Shown here piece by piece: positions 55,186 through 64,000 of a stretch of 64,000 bases of DNA (position 1 is its first letter; each line of letters opens with the position of its first letter). The notes below the pieces were generated by a model. The model saw only the letters and a program-made list of their open reading frames with translations. It was not told the DNA's origin and searched no databases. The stretch comes from an uncultured Clostridia bacterium (GTDB taxonomy: Bacteria > Bacillota > Clostridia > Christensenellales > DTU072). Location: NCBI GenBank assembly GCA_944349655.1, contig CALVNL010000004.1:8819-72818 (forward strand), read 5' to 3'. The position numbers were made by a program, and so were the translations under genes.

Positions 55186-55604
55186 CTGAACCTCCGTAAA
55201 TATAGTTGTTATCGTAAATTATTTTAGAATATAACCTTTACTATTATAAATAAATACCATACTAAAGTCAAGTTCTGAAACCGACTTGGGAAACGGAAAA
55301 TCCTTCGGCGGTCCGAAAGGGGCAAACATTGCCGGACACTAATATAAATATCCTTTCATAAAAGTTTGACGGCAGGGTAAAGACAATAAGACAAATGAGA
55401 CGGATTAAAAATTGCTTTTTACATAAAAATACGTTAATAGGTTTCCTAAATAAGGTATACGATAACCCAAAACAAGATTTTTATCGATATATATTTTTAT
55501 CGTCGTATCGTGCGGCGAAAAGGACAAAAGTTGACAAATGTAAAAAATTTGACGCTTTAGGGAATTTGTGTTAAGATATAAAAAACGTATCCGAGAGGTA
55601 AGGA

Positions 55605-56177
55605 ATGATGAAAGACGCCACTCAAAGGAAGCAGACGGTAGCTACCAAAAAGAATTATGCCGCACTCGGAAAGGCGCTTCGGGAATTGATGGAGGAAAAG
55701 GAATTCGGGGCGATATCGGTCCAGGAAATCTGTGTGAAAGCCTTGGTGCCGAGGGCGACTTTTTACAATTATTTTGCCGACAAATACGATCTTTTGAAAT
55801 TCCGTTTCCGTCAGCTTGCAGACAGTATGGCGGATAAGCTGAAAAATTACGACGCAGGCAGTCGGGAGTATTTCGACAAGTTCGTGAGCATAGTTATAGA
55901 ATACGTGGACGCCAACCGCAATCTCATATCGGGATTGCTGAAAGCGGGGTCCGGGATGGGGCTTGCCATTATAGAAAAAGCGCTCAGCGAAAGGCTTTAC
56001 GAATATCTTCTTCGTTCGGAGCGCTCTTACAAGGTCCCGACGGAGCTTCTGAGCGAGTTCTATGCGGGAAGCATTATTTTTATGGTGAAGTGGTGGTTGG
56101 AGAACGAAACTTCGTATAAAAAAGAAGAATTAGCTCTTTTTATAGACTTACTTGTCAATCCTTATCGATTTATCTAG
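55605..56177 (+). CDS. TetR/AcrR-family transcriptional regulator
   Basis: HTH region ISVQEICVKALVPRATFYNYFADKYDLL. Confidence 0.85.
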   Translation: MMKDATQRKQTVATKKNYAALGKALRELMEEKEFGAISVQEICVKALVPRATFYNYFADKYDLLKFRFRQLADSMADKLKNYDAGSREYFDKFVSIVIEYVDANRNLISGLLKAGSGMGLAIIEKALSERLYEYLLRSERSYKVPTELLSEFYAGSIIFMVKWWLENETSYKKEELALFIDLLVNPYRFI

Positions 56178-56223
56178 AAATATTTATAATAATATATTAT
56201 CAATATTAAAGCGGATAAATTTG

Positions 56224-56253
56224 TTGACCTCGCGCGGTAAGTGATAGTATAAT
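56224..56253 (+). promoter_or_regulatory. Sigma-A-type promoter for ispE
   Basis: TTGACC (56224-29), 18-nt spacer, TATAAT (56248-53). Confidence 0.55.
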
Positions 56254-56282
56254 AAAATCGTAATACCTTGCTCAGGAGAATT

Positions 56283-57086
56283 ATGCTCGAAATAAGCGCG
56301 CCTGCGAAGATAAACCTCGCCCTTGACGTGACAGGAAAGGAAGGGCGGTTGCATACCGTGGACACCCTTATTTATCCCGTGAGTTTGCACGATACCGTCA
56401 GGATGAAGCCCTCGGACGTGACTACGGTCAAATACGTCGGTAAGAGGGGAGTTTATCCCGGCGACACGGTGCTTAAAACTTTGGAACTTTATAAGAAAAT
56501 TTACGGCGAAAGGGGAGTGGAGATCGAAATAATCAAACGTATTCCCGAAAAAGCCGGTCTGGGCGGTTCGTCGGCGGACGCCGCTGCGGTGGCAAGAGGA
56601 TTGGAAGAACTTTTCCTTTATCCTTCCGTCGGAGCGGAAAAACTACTCGAGGTCGGCAGCGACGTACCCGCTATGTATGAAAATTCTCCGCAGAGGGCTA
56701 CTTCTTTCGGGGAAAGGACGACGCCTTTCGTCGTTAAGAAAAAAATTTATTTCGCCGTACTTCTCGGAGGAGAAGTAGATACGGGAAAGTGTTACGGATT
56801 ATTCGACGAAACTGGAGGGGAACGCCCCGAAGTGCAAGACGTCGTCGAGGCATTGCGGTGCGGGGAATATTTTACTCCCGTCAACGCCCTCGAACGGGCT
56901 GCGGAAATAATTTGTCCCGACGTGAGGGAGAAAAAGAAATTGCTTTCCGAGGCGGGATTTATCTGTTCCATGACGGGAAGCGGCAGCGCGGTATTCGGTT
57001 ACGAGTACGACTTGGATTTATTTGAAAACAAACTCGCTTTTCTGAAAAAAGCGGCAGGAAAAAAATATAAGACAATTACCTTTTAA
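56283..57086 (+). CDS. ispE: 4-(cytidine 5'-diphospho)-2-C-methyl-D-erythritol kinase
   Basis: APAKINLALDV N-terminus and the GHMP motif PEKAGLGGSSADAAAV. AGGAGA lies before the ATG at 56283. Confidence 0.85.
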   Translation: MLEISAPAKINLALDVTGKEGRLHTVDTLIYPVSLHDTVRMKPSDVTTVKYVGKRGVYPGDTVLKTLELYKKIYGERGVEIEIIKRIPEKAGLGGSSADAAAVARGLEELFLYPSVGAEKLLEVGSDVPAMYENSPQRATSFGERTTPFVVKKKIYFAVLLGGEVDTGKCYGLFDETGGERPEVQDVVEALRCGEYFTPVNALERAAEIICPDVREKKKLLSEAGFICSMTGSGSAVFGYEYDLDLFENKLAFLKKAAGKKYKTITF

Positions 57087-57095
57087 GGAGCGGAC

Positions 57096-59039
57096 ATGGC
57101 AAAGAATACTTATGATTATCCCGTGTATCTGTTTAACGAAGGCACAAACTTCGAAGCCTATAAACTTTTTACGGTGACCAACGTTCAGAAAAACAAGAAA
57201 AGGATGTGGCGTTTCAGAGTGTGGGCGCCCAACGCTTTGAGCGTTTCCGTCGTCGGGGATTTCAATAACTGGGACAGGGAAGCCAACCCTATGGAAAGAC
57301 TCGCCAACAGCGGGATATGGGAGTGTTACGTCAAAGGTATCAAGCGTTACGATAATTACAAGTATTCCATCGAGGGAGCCGACCACACCGTCAGACTCAA
57401 GGCCGACCCTTACGCCACCCACAGCGAAACCGCTCCGGCGACCGCGTCCAAAATTTACGAACTGGAAGGTTACGAATGGACGGACGAAAATTATCTTGCA
57501 AAACGGAAAGAACGCAATTCCTATGAATTGCCTATGAATATTTACGAAGTTCATTTAGGTTCCTGGAGACTTTATCCCGACGGAAATTATTATTCCTACA
57601 GACATCTCGCCGACGAACTCGTCCCTTACCTTAAGGAAATGGGTTATACCCACGTGGAACTCATGCCCGTCACCGAACATCCTTTCGACGGCAGCTGGGG
57701 ATATCAGGTCACGGGACTTTTCGCTCCCACTTCCCGTTACGGCACGCCGCACGACTTTATGTATTTCGTGGACAAATGCCACAGCGAAGGGATAGGAGTC
57801 ATTATGGACTTCGTATTGAGCCACTTCCCCAAAGACAGCTTCGGACTTTACGAGTTCGACGGGACCTGCCAGTACGAGTACGACGATATTTATAAGCAGG
57901 AACACAAGAGCTGGGGAACGAGAGTATTCGATTACAACAAGCCGCAGGTAAGGAGTTATCTTATAAGCGCGGTGGATTTCTGGCTCACCAATTACCACGT
58001 GGACGGTATGCGTCTCGACGCGGTGGCGAGTATGCTTTACTTAAACTACGACCGCAGACAGGGAGAGTGGCGTCCCAACGAAAACGGAGAGGAATATAAC
58101 CTCGAAGCCATTTACTTTTTACAGACGCTCAATCAGACCATATTGTCCCGTCATCCCGACGTGTTGATGATAGCGGAAGAATCCACGGCTTTCCCGATGG
58201 TGACGATGCCCCCGAATATCGGCGGACTGGGTTTCAATTACAAGTGGAATATGGGGTGGATGAACGACACTCTCGATTATATCAAGACCGATCCTTTCTT
58301 CAGAAAAGGAAATCACGACAAACTTACTTTTTCCATAACTTACGCTTTCAGCGAAAATTACATTTTACCTTTCTCGCACGACGAAGTTGTGCACGGCAAA
58401 GCCAGCCTCATAGGAAAGATACCGGGAACTTACGAGGAAAAATTCAGCGGACTCAAGACGCTTTTGTCCTATCAGATGGCGCACCCCGGTAAAAAGCTCA
58501 ATTTCATGGGTAACGAATTCGGGCAGTTTATCGAATGGGATTACAAGAAGCAACTCGACTGGATGCTTCTCGATTATCCTTCGCACGCTTCTTTGCACGA
58601 ATACGTTAAGGACCTCAACAAATTCTATCTCGCAAACAAACCCCTTTTCGAACTGGATACCTCTTACGACGGATTCCGTTGGATAGTGGTGGACGACAAA
58701 ATCCAGAACGTGGCGGCGTTCACCCGTTACGACAAGGCGGGCGATTTTATAATAGTAGTTATCAACTTTTCGCCTACTCCGAGGGAAAATTATTGCATAG
58801 GCGTGGAAAAATACGGCGTTTATACCGAAGTTCTGAATTCCGAGAGCAAGAAATACGGAGGAGAAGTCCCGGCAGGAAAGGAATACACGACGATAGATGA
58901 ATGTCATCACGGACAGGAACAGGCGATAAGCCTTGATCTGAAAGGTAATTCCGCGGTATTTATCAAACTTACCAAAGAGTTGGTCAAAAAGAAACCCGCC
59001 AAGAAAAAAACCGTAAAAACCAAGGCGAAAGCCGAATAA
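57096..59039 (+). CDS. glgB: 1,4-alpha-glucan branching enzyme
   Basis: GH13 motifs DFVLSHF, GMRLDAV and MIAEES. N-terminal CBM48-like FRVWAPNA. Confidence 0.93.
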   Translation: MAKNTYDYPVYLFNEGTNFEAYKLFTVTNVQKNKKRMWRFRVWAPNALSVSVVGDFNNWDREANPMERLANSGIWECYVKGIKRYDNYKYSIEGADHTVRLKADPYATHSETAPATASKIYELEGYEWTDENYLAKRKERNSYELPMNIYEVHLGSWRLYPDGNYYSYRHLADELVPYLKEMGYTHVELMPVTEHPFDGSWGYQVTGLFAPTSRYGTPHDFMYFVDKCHSEGIGVIMDFVLSHFPKDSFGLYEFDGTCQYEYDDIYKQEHKSWGTRVFDYNKPQVRSYLISAVDFWLTNYHVDGMRLDAVASMLYLNYDRRQGEWRPNENGEEYNLEAIYFLQTLNQTILSRHPDVLMIAEESTAFPMVTMPPNIGGLGFNYKWNMGWMNDTLDYIKTDPFFRKGNHDKLTFSITYAFSENYILPFSHDEVVHGKASLIGKIPGTYEEKFSGLKTLLSYQMAHPGKKLNFMGNEFGQFIEWDYKKQLDWMLLDYPSHASLHEYVKDLNKFYLANKPLFELDTSYDGFRWIVVDDKIQNVAAFTRYDKAGDFIIVVINFSPTPRENYCIGVEKYGVYTEVLNSESKKYGGEVPAGKEYTTIDECHHGQEQAISLDLKGNSAVFIKLTKELVKKKPAKKKTVKTKAKAE

Positions 59040-59125
59040 TAAATTTTATTTCAAAAGATGACAAGGGGAAAGGAGTTTACCCCGCCGACCCGGTAAGGGA
59101 AAAATCAATTCAAGGAGAGAAGCAA

Positions 59126-60328
59126 ATGTTAAGTACCAAAAAAGATTGCGTGGCAATGTTGCTTGCCGGTGGGCAAGGGACGAGATTGGGCGTGCTTACT
59201 CAGGAAGTAGCCAAACCCGCCGTTCCTTTCGGGGGAAAATACAGAATTATCGATTTCCCCATTTCCAACACCATAAATTCCGGTATCGACACCATAGGCG
59301 TACTCACGCAGTATCAGCCCTTCGAACTCAACCAGTATATCGGAAACGGACAGCCCTGGGACCTCGACCGACTCAACGGAGGAGCGTTCGTGTTGCCGCC
59401 TTATCAGAAAGGAAAAGCCGGAGAGTGGTATAAAGGCACGGCAAACGCCATTTATCAGAACATCAATTTTCTGGACAGGTACGATCCCGATTACGTGCTT
59501 ATCTTAAGCGGCGACCATATCTACAAAATGGATTATTCGGAAATGCTGGAAGCCCACAAGAAGAATAACGCCGACTGCACCATAGCCGTTCTGAACGTGT
59601 CGATAGAGGAAGCCAGCCGTTTCGGAATAATGAACACCAACGAAGACGGGTCCGTTTACGAATTCGAGGAAAAACCCCGTCATCCGAAGTCCACGAAAGC
59701 GAGTATGGGTATTTACATATTCACCTGGGATAAACTCAGAGATTATCTCATAAGGGACGAAGAAAACAAAAATTCCTCCAACGATTTCGGTAAGAACGTT
59801 ATACCCATGATGCTTGCCGACGGACAGAGGCTTTTTGCTTACGAGTTCTCCGGTTACTGGAAGGACGTAGGCACGATAAGTTCGCTTTGGGAAGCCAATA
59901 TGGATATTTTGAATCCCGAAAGCGGCATAAATCTGAATGACAGAGATTGGAAAATTTACGCAAGGAATATGGCGGAACCGCCTCACTATATCGGTGAAAA
60001 CGCCGAGATAAGCAATTCGATAATCAGCGAAGGCTGCAACGTGGACGGGAAGGTAACCAACTCCGTTATTTATCACGGAGCGACGATTGAAAAGGGTGCG
60101 GAAATAAGAGACAGTATCGTGATGCCCAATTCTTATATCGGGGCAAACTCCCGTATCTGTCACGCCATAGTCGGATGGAGTGCGGAAATCGGCGAAAACT
60201 GCGTAATCGGCGCGCCGCAGAAGGCTCCCGTGGGCGGCGAGTGGAATATCGCCGTGGTGGGACCGGAAGTCAAACTGGAACGCAACAGCGTGGTAAAGGA
60301 AGGAGAAATGAAGGGAGGTAACAAATAA
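59126..60328 (+). CDS. glgC: Glucose-1-phosphate adenylyltransferase, catalytic subunit
   Basis: [26 protein letters not shown] and a left-handed beta-helix C-terminus. Confidence 0.93.
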   Translation: MLSTKKDCVAMLLAGGQGTRLGVLTQEVAKPAVPFGGKYRIIDFPISNTINSGIDTIGVLTQYQPFELNQYIGNGQPWDLDRLNGGAFVLPPYQKGKAGEWYKGTANAIYQNINFLDRYDPDYVLILSGDHIYKMDYSEMLEAHKKNNADCTIAVLNVSIEEASRFGIMNTNEDGSVYEFEEKPRHPKSTKASMGIYIFTWDKLRDYLIRDEENKNSSNDFGKNVIPMMLADGQRLFAYEFSGYWKDVGTISSLWEANMDILNPESGINLNDRDWKIYARNMAEPPHYIGENAEISNSIISEGCNVDGKVTNSVIYHGATIEKGAEIRDSIVMPNSYIGANSRICHAIVGWSAEIGENCVIGAPQKAPVGGEWNIAVVGPEVKLERNSVVKEGEMKGGNK

Positions 60329-61440
60329 TGAACAATATGATGAGTATTTTGTTTGCGTCTGGCAACGAATCCAAATTGAACGAACTCACCTTGCACAGGA
60401 CCACCGCTTCTCTTCCTTTCGGGGGAAGGTACCGTCTTATAGACTTCAGCCTTTCCAACCTCGTCAATTCGGGAATAAGCAACATCGGCATAGTCACGAG
60501 AAGCAACTACCAGTCTTTGATGGACCACATCAGACAGGGCAGAGACTGGGACCTCAACAGGAAAAACGGCGGAATAAGCGTTTTCCCGCCGTTCGTTTAC
60601 AACTCGTCCCGTGAAGTTTACAAGGGAAAAATCGAAGCTATTTATTCCATATTCAGTTTTCTGAACCGTTCCAAGGAAGATTATGTGGTTATCAGCAACT
60701 GCAATATCGCCGCGAATATCGATTTCGAGGAAATATTCGACCGTCACGTCAAGAGCGGGTCCGATCTTACCGTGGTCTGCCATAAAGGTTACACCACCAC
60801 GTCTCACCGTATAGTCATCGAAAAGGACGAAAAGAATAAAGTCACCGACATTTACGAGACCGAATATGCGGGGAACGAGGAAAAAAACATTTCCTTGAAT
60901 ATTTACCTTATTAAAAAGGACGTACTTATCGACCTCGTTCAGAAGGCTTACGCCAGGGGAATGGTGGATTTCGAAAAGGATATTCTTTTCAAGATGGTTT
61001 CCGAAGGCAGAGTTTCCGCTTACGAAGTTTGTTGTTACGCGGCGATAGTCGACGACGTCAAGACCTATTACAACGAAAGCATGAACCTTCTCAACTTCGA
61101 TACCAGGGAAGCCTTGTTCGGACAGGAAAGCAAAATTTACACCAAGGTAAAAGACAGCGTGCCTACCGTTTACAAATCGGGTGCGAAAGTCAGCAATTCT
61201 CTCCTTGCCGACGGTTGCGTCATCAACGGCACGGTGGAAAACAGCATCCTTTTCCGTAACGTCCGCATAGAAGAGGGCGCCGTGGTCAAGAATTCCATCG
61301 TTATGGAAAACGGCATAGTAGGGAAAAATTCCTCTCTTCAGTACGCCATTACCGACAAGGACGTCACCATAAGCGAAGACAGGAACATTTCCGGATTTAT
61401 CACTTATCCGATAGTTATAGTAAAAGGTAAGAAAGTTTAA
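60328..61440 (+). CDS. glgD: Glucose-1-phosphate adenylyltransferase, GlgD subunit
   Basis: Paralogue of GlgC that lacks the GxGxRL loop (ILFASGNESKLNELT) but keeps FGGRYRLIDF. TAATG overlap with glgC. Confidence 0.88.
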   Translation: MNNMMSILFASGNESKLNELTLHRTTASLPFGGRYRLIDFSLSNLVNSGISNIGIVTRSNYQSLMDHIRQGRDWDLNRKNGGISVFPPFVYNSSREVYKGKIEAIYSIFSFLNRSKEDYVVISNCNIAANIDFEEIFDRHVKSGSDLTVVCHKGYTTTSHRIVIEKDEKNKVTDIYETEYAGNEEKNISLNIYLIKKDVLIDLVQKAYARGMVDFEKDILFKMVSEGRVSAYEVCCYAAIVDDVKTYYNESMNLLNFDTREALFGQESKIYTKVKDSVPTVYKSGAKVSNSLLADGCVINGTVENSILFRNVRIEEGAVVKNSIVMENGIVGKNSSLQYAITDKDVTISEDRNISGFITYPIVIVKGKKV

Positions 61441-61471
61441 CGAAAATCAGTATTGACAGGAGGTGTCAACA

Positions 61472-62893
61472 ATGAAAATATTATTTGCGACAAGCGAAGC
61501 CGGTCCCTTTATGAGAACGGGCGGACTCGGAGACGTCAGTCAGGCGTTGCCGCTTGCCCTCAAAAAGGAGAAGCAGGACGTCAGAGTCATAATGCCTCTT
61601 TACGACGGTATCAGCGACGTTTACCGTCAGACGATGCAATTTATAGGCTCGAAAGTGGTCACTTTGGGTTGGAGACAGCAGTACGCGGGAGTTTTCTCTT
61701 GCGAATACGACGGTGTAAAATATTATTTCATAGATAACGAATACTATTTCAAACGTTTCGGTATCTACGGTCATTACGACGACGGAGAAAGATTTGCCTT
61801 TTTCTCCAGAGCCGTCCTCGACGTGTTGCCGCTTATCGATTTTTATCCCGAAGTTATCCATTGCAACGACTGGCAGACCGGACTCGTACCCGTCTATCTC
61901 GACGCTTTTTACCGTTGGGACGAACACTACGCCAATATGAAAACGGTCATTACCATTCACAACATCGAATTCCAGGGCGAAATGGACAAGAGTTGTATTT
62001 CCGACGTTTACGGGATACCGGCGTCTCACGCCAACATAGTGGAATACGCCAACGACGCCAATATGCTCAAGGCGGGTATAGAGGAAGCCAACGTCGTTAC
62101 CACCGTAAGCAAAACTTACGCTCAGGAAATTCTCAATCCGTATTTCGCTTACGGACTGGAAGATATACTCGGAAAACGCAGTTATAAGATAAGAGGTATA
62201 TTGAACGGTATCGACACTAATCTTTACAACCCGTCCAAAGACCCCGCGCTTTTTGCCAATTATACCGTAAAGACTGTGGCTAAAAAGGCGGAAAACAAAA
62301 AAGGATTGCAGGAAATGGTCAATCTGCCCGTTTCCGACAAACCTCTTATCGGAATGGTCACCCGTCTGACCAATCAGAAGGGAATGGATCTCGTTATGGA
62401 AGTTATAGAGGAGATCCTTTCCATGGATATACAGATGGTGGTGCTGGGAACGGGCGACTGGAAATACGAAACGGCGTTGAACGAGCTTGCCCGTCGTTAT
62501 TCCAACAAACTTGCGGTCATTATCAATTTTTCGCAGGATATAGCGAGCAAGATTTATGCCGGAAGCGATATGTTCCTTATGCCCAGTAAATTCGAACCCT
62601 GCGGACTCAGTCAGATGATCGCTATGCGTTACGGTTCGGTGCCCATAGTCAGGGAAACCGGCGGACTTAAGGACACCGTACCCGCATTCAATCCCGTGGA
62701 ACTTACCGGAAGAGGATTTACCTTCAAGACCTACAACGCTTACGATATGCTGGACGCTATTCACCGTGCGGTGGGAACTTTCTACAACAAGACGGAATGG
62801 TCTGCGGTAGTCGCCAACGCAATGAACGGCGATTACAGCTGGAAGTCTTCGGCTAAGGAATATATGGCTCTTTATAAGGAAATACTTTCCTAA
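61472..62893 (+). CDS. glgA: Glycogen synthase (ADP-glucose type)
   Basis: MKILFATSEAGPFMRTGGLGDV N-terminus. AGGAGG lies 8 nt before the ATG at 61472. Confidence 0.93.
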   Translation: MKILFATSEAGPFMRTGGLGDVSQALPLALKKEKQDVRVIMPLYDGISDVYRQTMQFIGSKVVTLGWRQQYAGVFSCEYDGVKYYFIDNEYYFKRFGIYGHYDDGERFAFFSRAVLDVLPLIDFYPEVIHCNDWQTGLVPVYLDAFYRWDEHYANMKTVITIHNIEFQGEMDKSCISDVYGIPASHANIVEYANDANMLKAGIEEANVVTTVSKTYAQEILNPYFAYGLEDILGKRSYKIRGILNGIDTNLYNPSKDPALFANYTVKTVAKKAENKKGLQEMVNLPVSDKPLIGMVTRLTNQKGMDLVMEVIEEILSMDIQMVVLGTGDWKYETALNELARRYSNKLAVIINFSQDIASKIYAGSDMFLMPSKFEPCGLSQMIAMRYGSVPIVRETGGLKDTVPAFNPVELTGRGFTFKTYNAYDMLDAIHRAVGTFYNKTEWSAVVANAMNGDYSWKSSAKEYMALYKEILS

Positions 62894-62920
62894 TTCTTAC
62901 AAACATAATTTTTTCGGAAA

Positions 62921-62955
62921 TACCCTCGCAAAAAGCTTTGCGAGGGTACAAATTT
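62921..62955 (+). terminator. Hairpin after glgA (weak T-tract)
   Basis: TACCCTCGCAAA-aagc-TTTGCGAGGGTA, a 12-bp stem. Confidence 0.55.
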
Positions 62956-62989
62956 CCGAGTTCAGAAATACTATTACATAGGAGAAAAT

Positions 62990-64000
62990 ATGGATATCAG
63001 CAAAAAAGAATTGCAAGAGTTGATCGAACTGAAACTCGCAAAAATGTTCGGAGTTAAAAAAGAGGAAGCCAGCGAACAGATAATGTATCGGGCTTTGTGT
63101 TTGGTAGTCAAGGATCTGCTTACCCAGAAAAGAGTGGAATTCAAGAAAAAAGTCCGCAAGACAGGGACCAAACAGGTCTATTATATGTCGATGGAATTCC
63201 TGCTCGGACGTTCTTTAAGGAACCACCTTTACAACAGCGGGCTGTTGGACACGGCTACGAAAGTTATTAAGGATATGGGCTTCGATATAAGCCGCCTTAT
63301 GGAAATAGAGCCCGACGCCGGACTCGGCAACGGAGGTTTAGGCAGACTTGCCGCCGCATACATGGACAGTCTTACTTCCTGCGGATATGCCGCAGGCGGT
63401 TTCAGTATCCGTTACGACTACGGTATTTTCAAACAGAGAATAGTGGACGGTTGGCAGATGGAACTTCCCGACGACTGGCTGCAAAACGGCGACGTCTGGC
63501 TTAATCCGAGAGAAGAAGACACCTGCGAAGTTAAATTCGGCGGACATCTGAAAGAAACCTGGTCGGACGGGAAATTGCACGTCGAACAGGAAGGCGCGAC
63601 CGTAATTCTGGCGGTTCCGTACGATATGAACGTATCGGGTTACGGAAGCGACGCCATCAACACCTTGCGTCTGTGGAGCGCGAGAGCTCCTATGGGCTTC
63701 GATATGACGGCTTTTTCCAGAGGTCAATACGTTAAAGCCATAGAAGCAAAAGCGATGGCGGAAGCGATAAGCAAGGTTCTGTATCCTGCCGACGACCATT
63801 ACGAAGGAAAGTCTTTGCGCCTCAAACAGCAATATTTCTTCGTCAGCGCCTCCATTCAGAGCATACTGAAAAAGCATCTTAAATATAATCCGTCACTGGA
63901 CAATCTTGCCGAAAAGGTGGCTATACACATCAACGATACCCACCCGACGCTTTGCATACCCGAGCTTATGCGTATTCTGTTGGACGACTACGGATACGGC
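62990..64000 (+). CDS. glgP: Glycogen/alpha-glucan phosphorylase, 3' end beyond the window
   Basis: Not in the ORF track because no stop is reached. My translation from the ATG at 62990 (AGGAGA RBS) gives MDISKKELQEL...YYMSMEFLLGRSL...EPDAGLGNGGLGRLAA, the GT35 signature. Confidence 0.9.
   Translation, partial: MDISKKELQELIELKLAKMFGVKKEEASEQIMYRALCLVVKDLLTQKRVEFKKKVRKTGTKQVYYMSMEFLLGRSLRNHLYNSGLLDTATKVIKDMGFDISRLMEIEPDAGLGNGGLGRLAAAYMDSLTSCGYAAGGFSIRYDYGIFKQRIVDGWQMELPDDWLQNGDVWLNPREEDTCEVKFGGHLKETWSDGKLHVEQEGATVILAVPYDMNVSGYGSDAINTLRLWSARAPMGFDMTAFSRGQYVKAIEAKAMAEAISKVLYPADDHYEGKSLRLKQQYFFVSASIQSILKKHLKYNPSLDNLAEKVAIHINDTHPTLCIPELMRILLDDYGYG

Noticed and set aside
51661-55227. 1188-aa ORF on the + strand covering the whole nifJ region
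   Set aside because: It is antisense to an unmistakable PFOR gene with all its motifs. Its translation is low-complexity (Gly/Val/Phe/Ser-rich) with no recognisable domain or RBS. It is a typical shadow ORF produced by the codon bias of a long gene.
1-64000. CRISPR arrays, rRNA genes, IS elements and prophage structural genes
   Set aside because: I saw no regularly spaced short direct repeats, rRNA-like conserved stretches, transposase motifs (DDE) or phage capsid, tail or terminase genes. This was a visual scan only, so short arrays could be missed.

Overview
The window looks like chromosome from an anaerobic Bacillota (Clostridia-like) organism. This is inferred from gene content: PFOR/nifJ, nfnAB, glgBCDA-P with glgD, a YolD/Y-family polymerase cassette, an EFR1-type ferrodoxin and a TSCPD protein. 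Gene order left to right follows. (1) 3-605: two paralogous small cysteine-rich proteins. (2) 692-1162: tspO. (3) 1.3-20.3 kb: a 17-gene Wzx/Wzy-type surface-polysaccharide locus on the + strand. It encodes a DegT aminotransferase, a PglC-type initiating transferase fused to an ATP-grasp domain, a HAD hydrolase, 2x LicD, glycosyltransferases, a class-V aminotransferase, a LicC-like nucleotidyltransferase, fnlABC for UDP-L-FucNAc, and a visibly AT-rich block with GTs, wzy and wzx. (4) 20.3-22.5 kb: a lexA / Y-family polymerase / yolD cassette on the - strand. (5) 22.7-24.8 kb: small redox and regulatory genes. (6) 24.9-27.8 kb: a P2-type Ca/Mn ATPase behind a yybP-ykoY-like leader. (7) 27.9-36.6 kb: an AT-rich five-gene type I R-M operon (hsdR, unknown 558-aa gene, hsdM, hsdS, ABC-ATPase/TOPRIM gene). 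It is bracketed by copies of one hairpin repeat and lies next to tRNA-Arg(CCU), whose 3' end is duplicated. (8) 37.2-64 kb: housekeeping genes (ferredoxin, P1B ATPase, tyrS, yigZ, ilvE, nadK, nfnAB, PFOR, tetR, ispE, glycogen operon). No rRNA, CRISPR array, transposase or integrase was seen. The best candidate for something undescribed is the R-M operon with its two extra genes, especially the 558-aa ORF translationally linked between hsdR and hsdM. All family assignments rest on motifs read by eye. No database search or computation was run, and GC statements are visual impressions.
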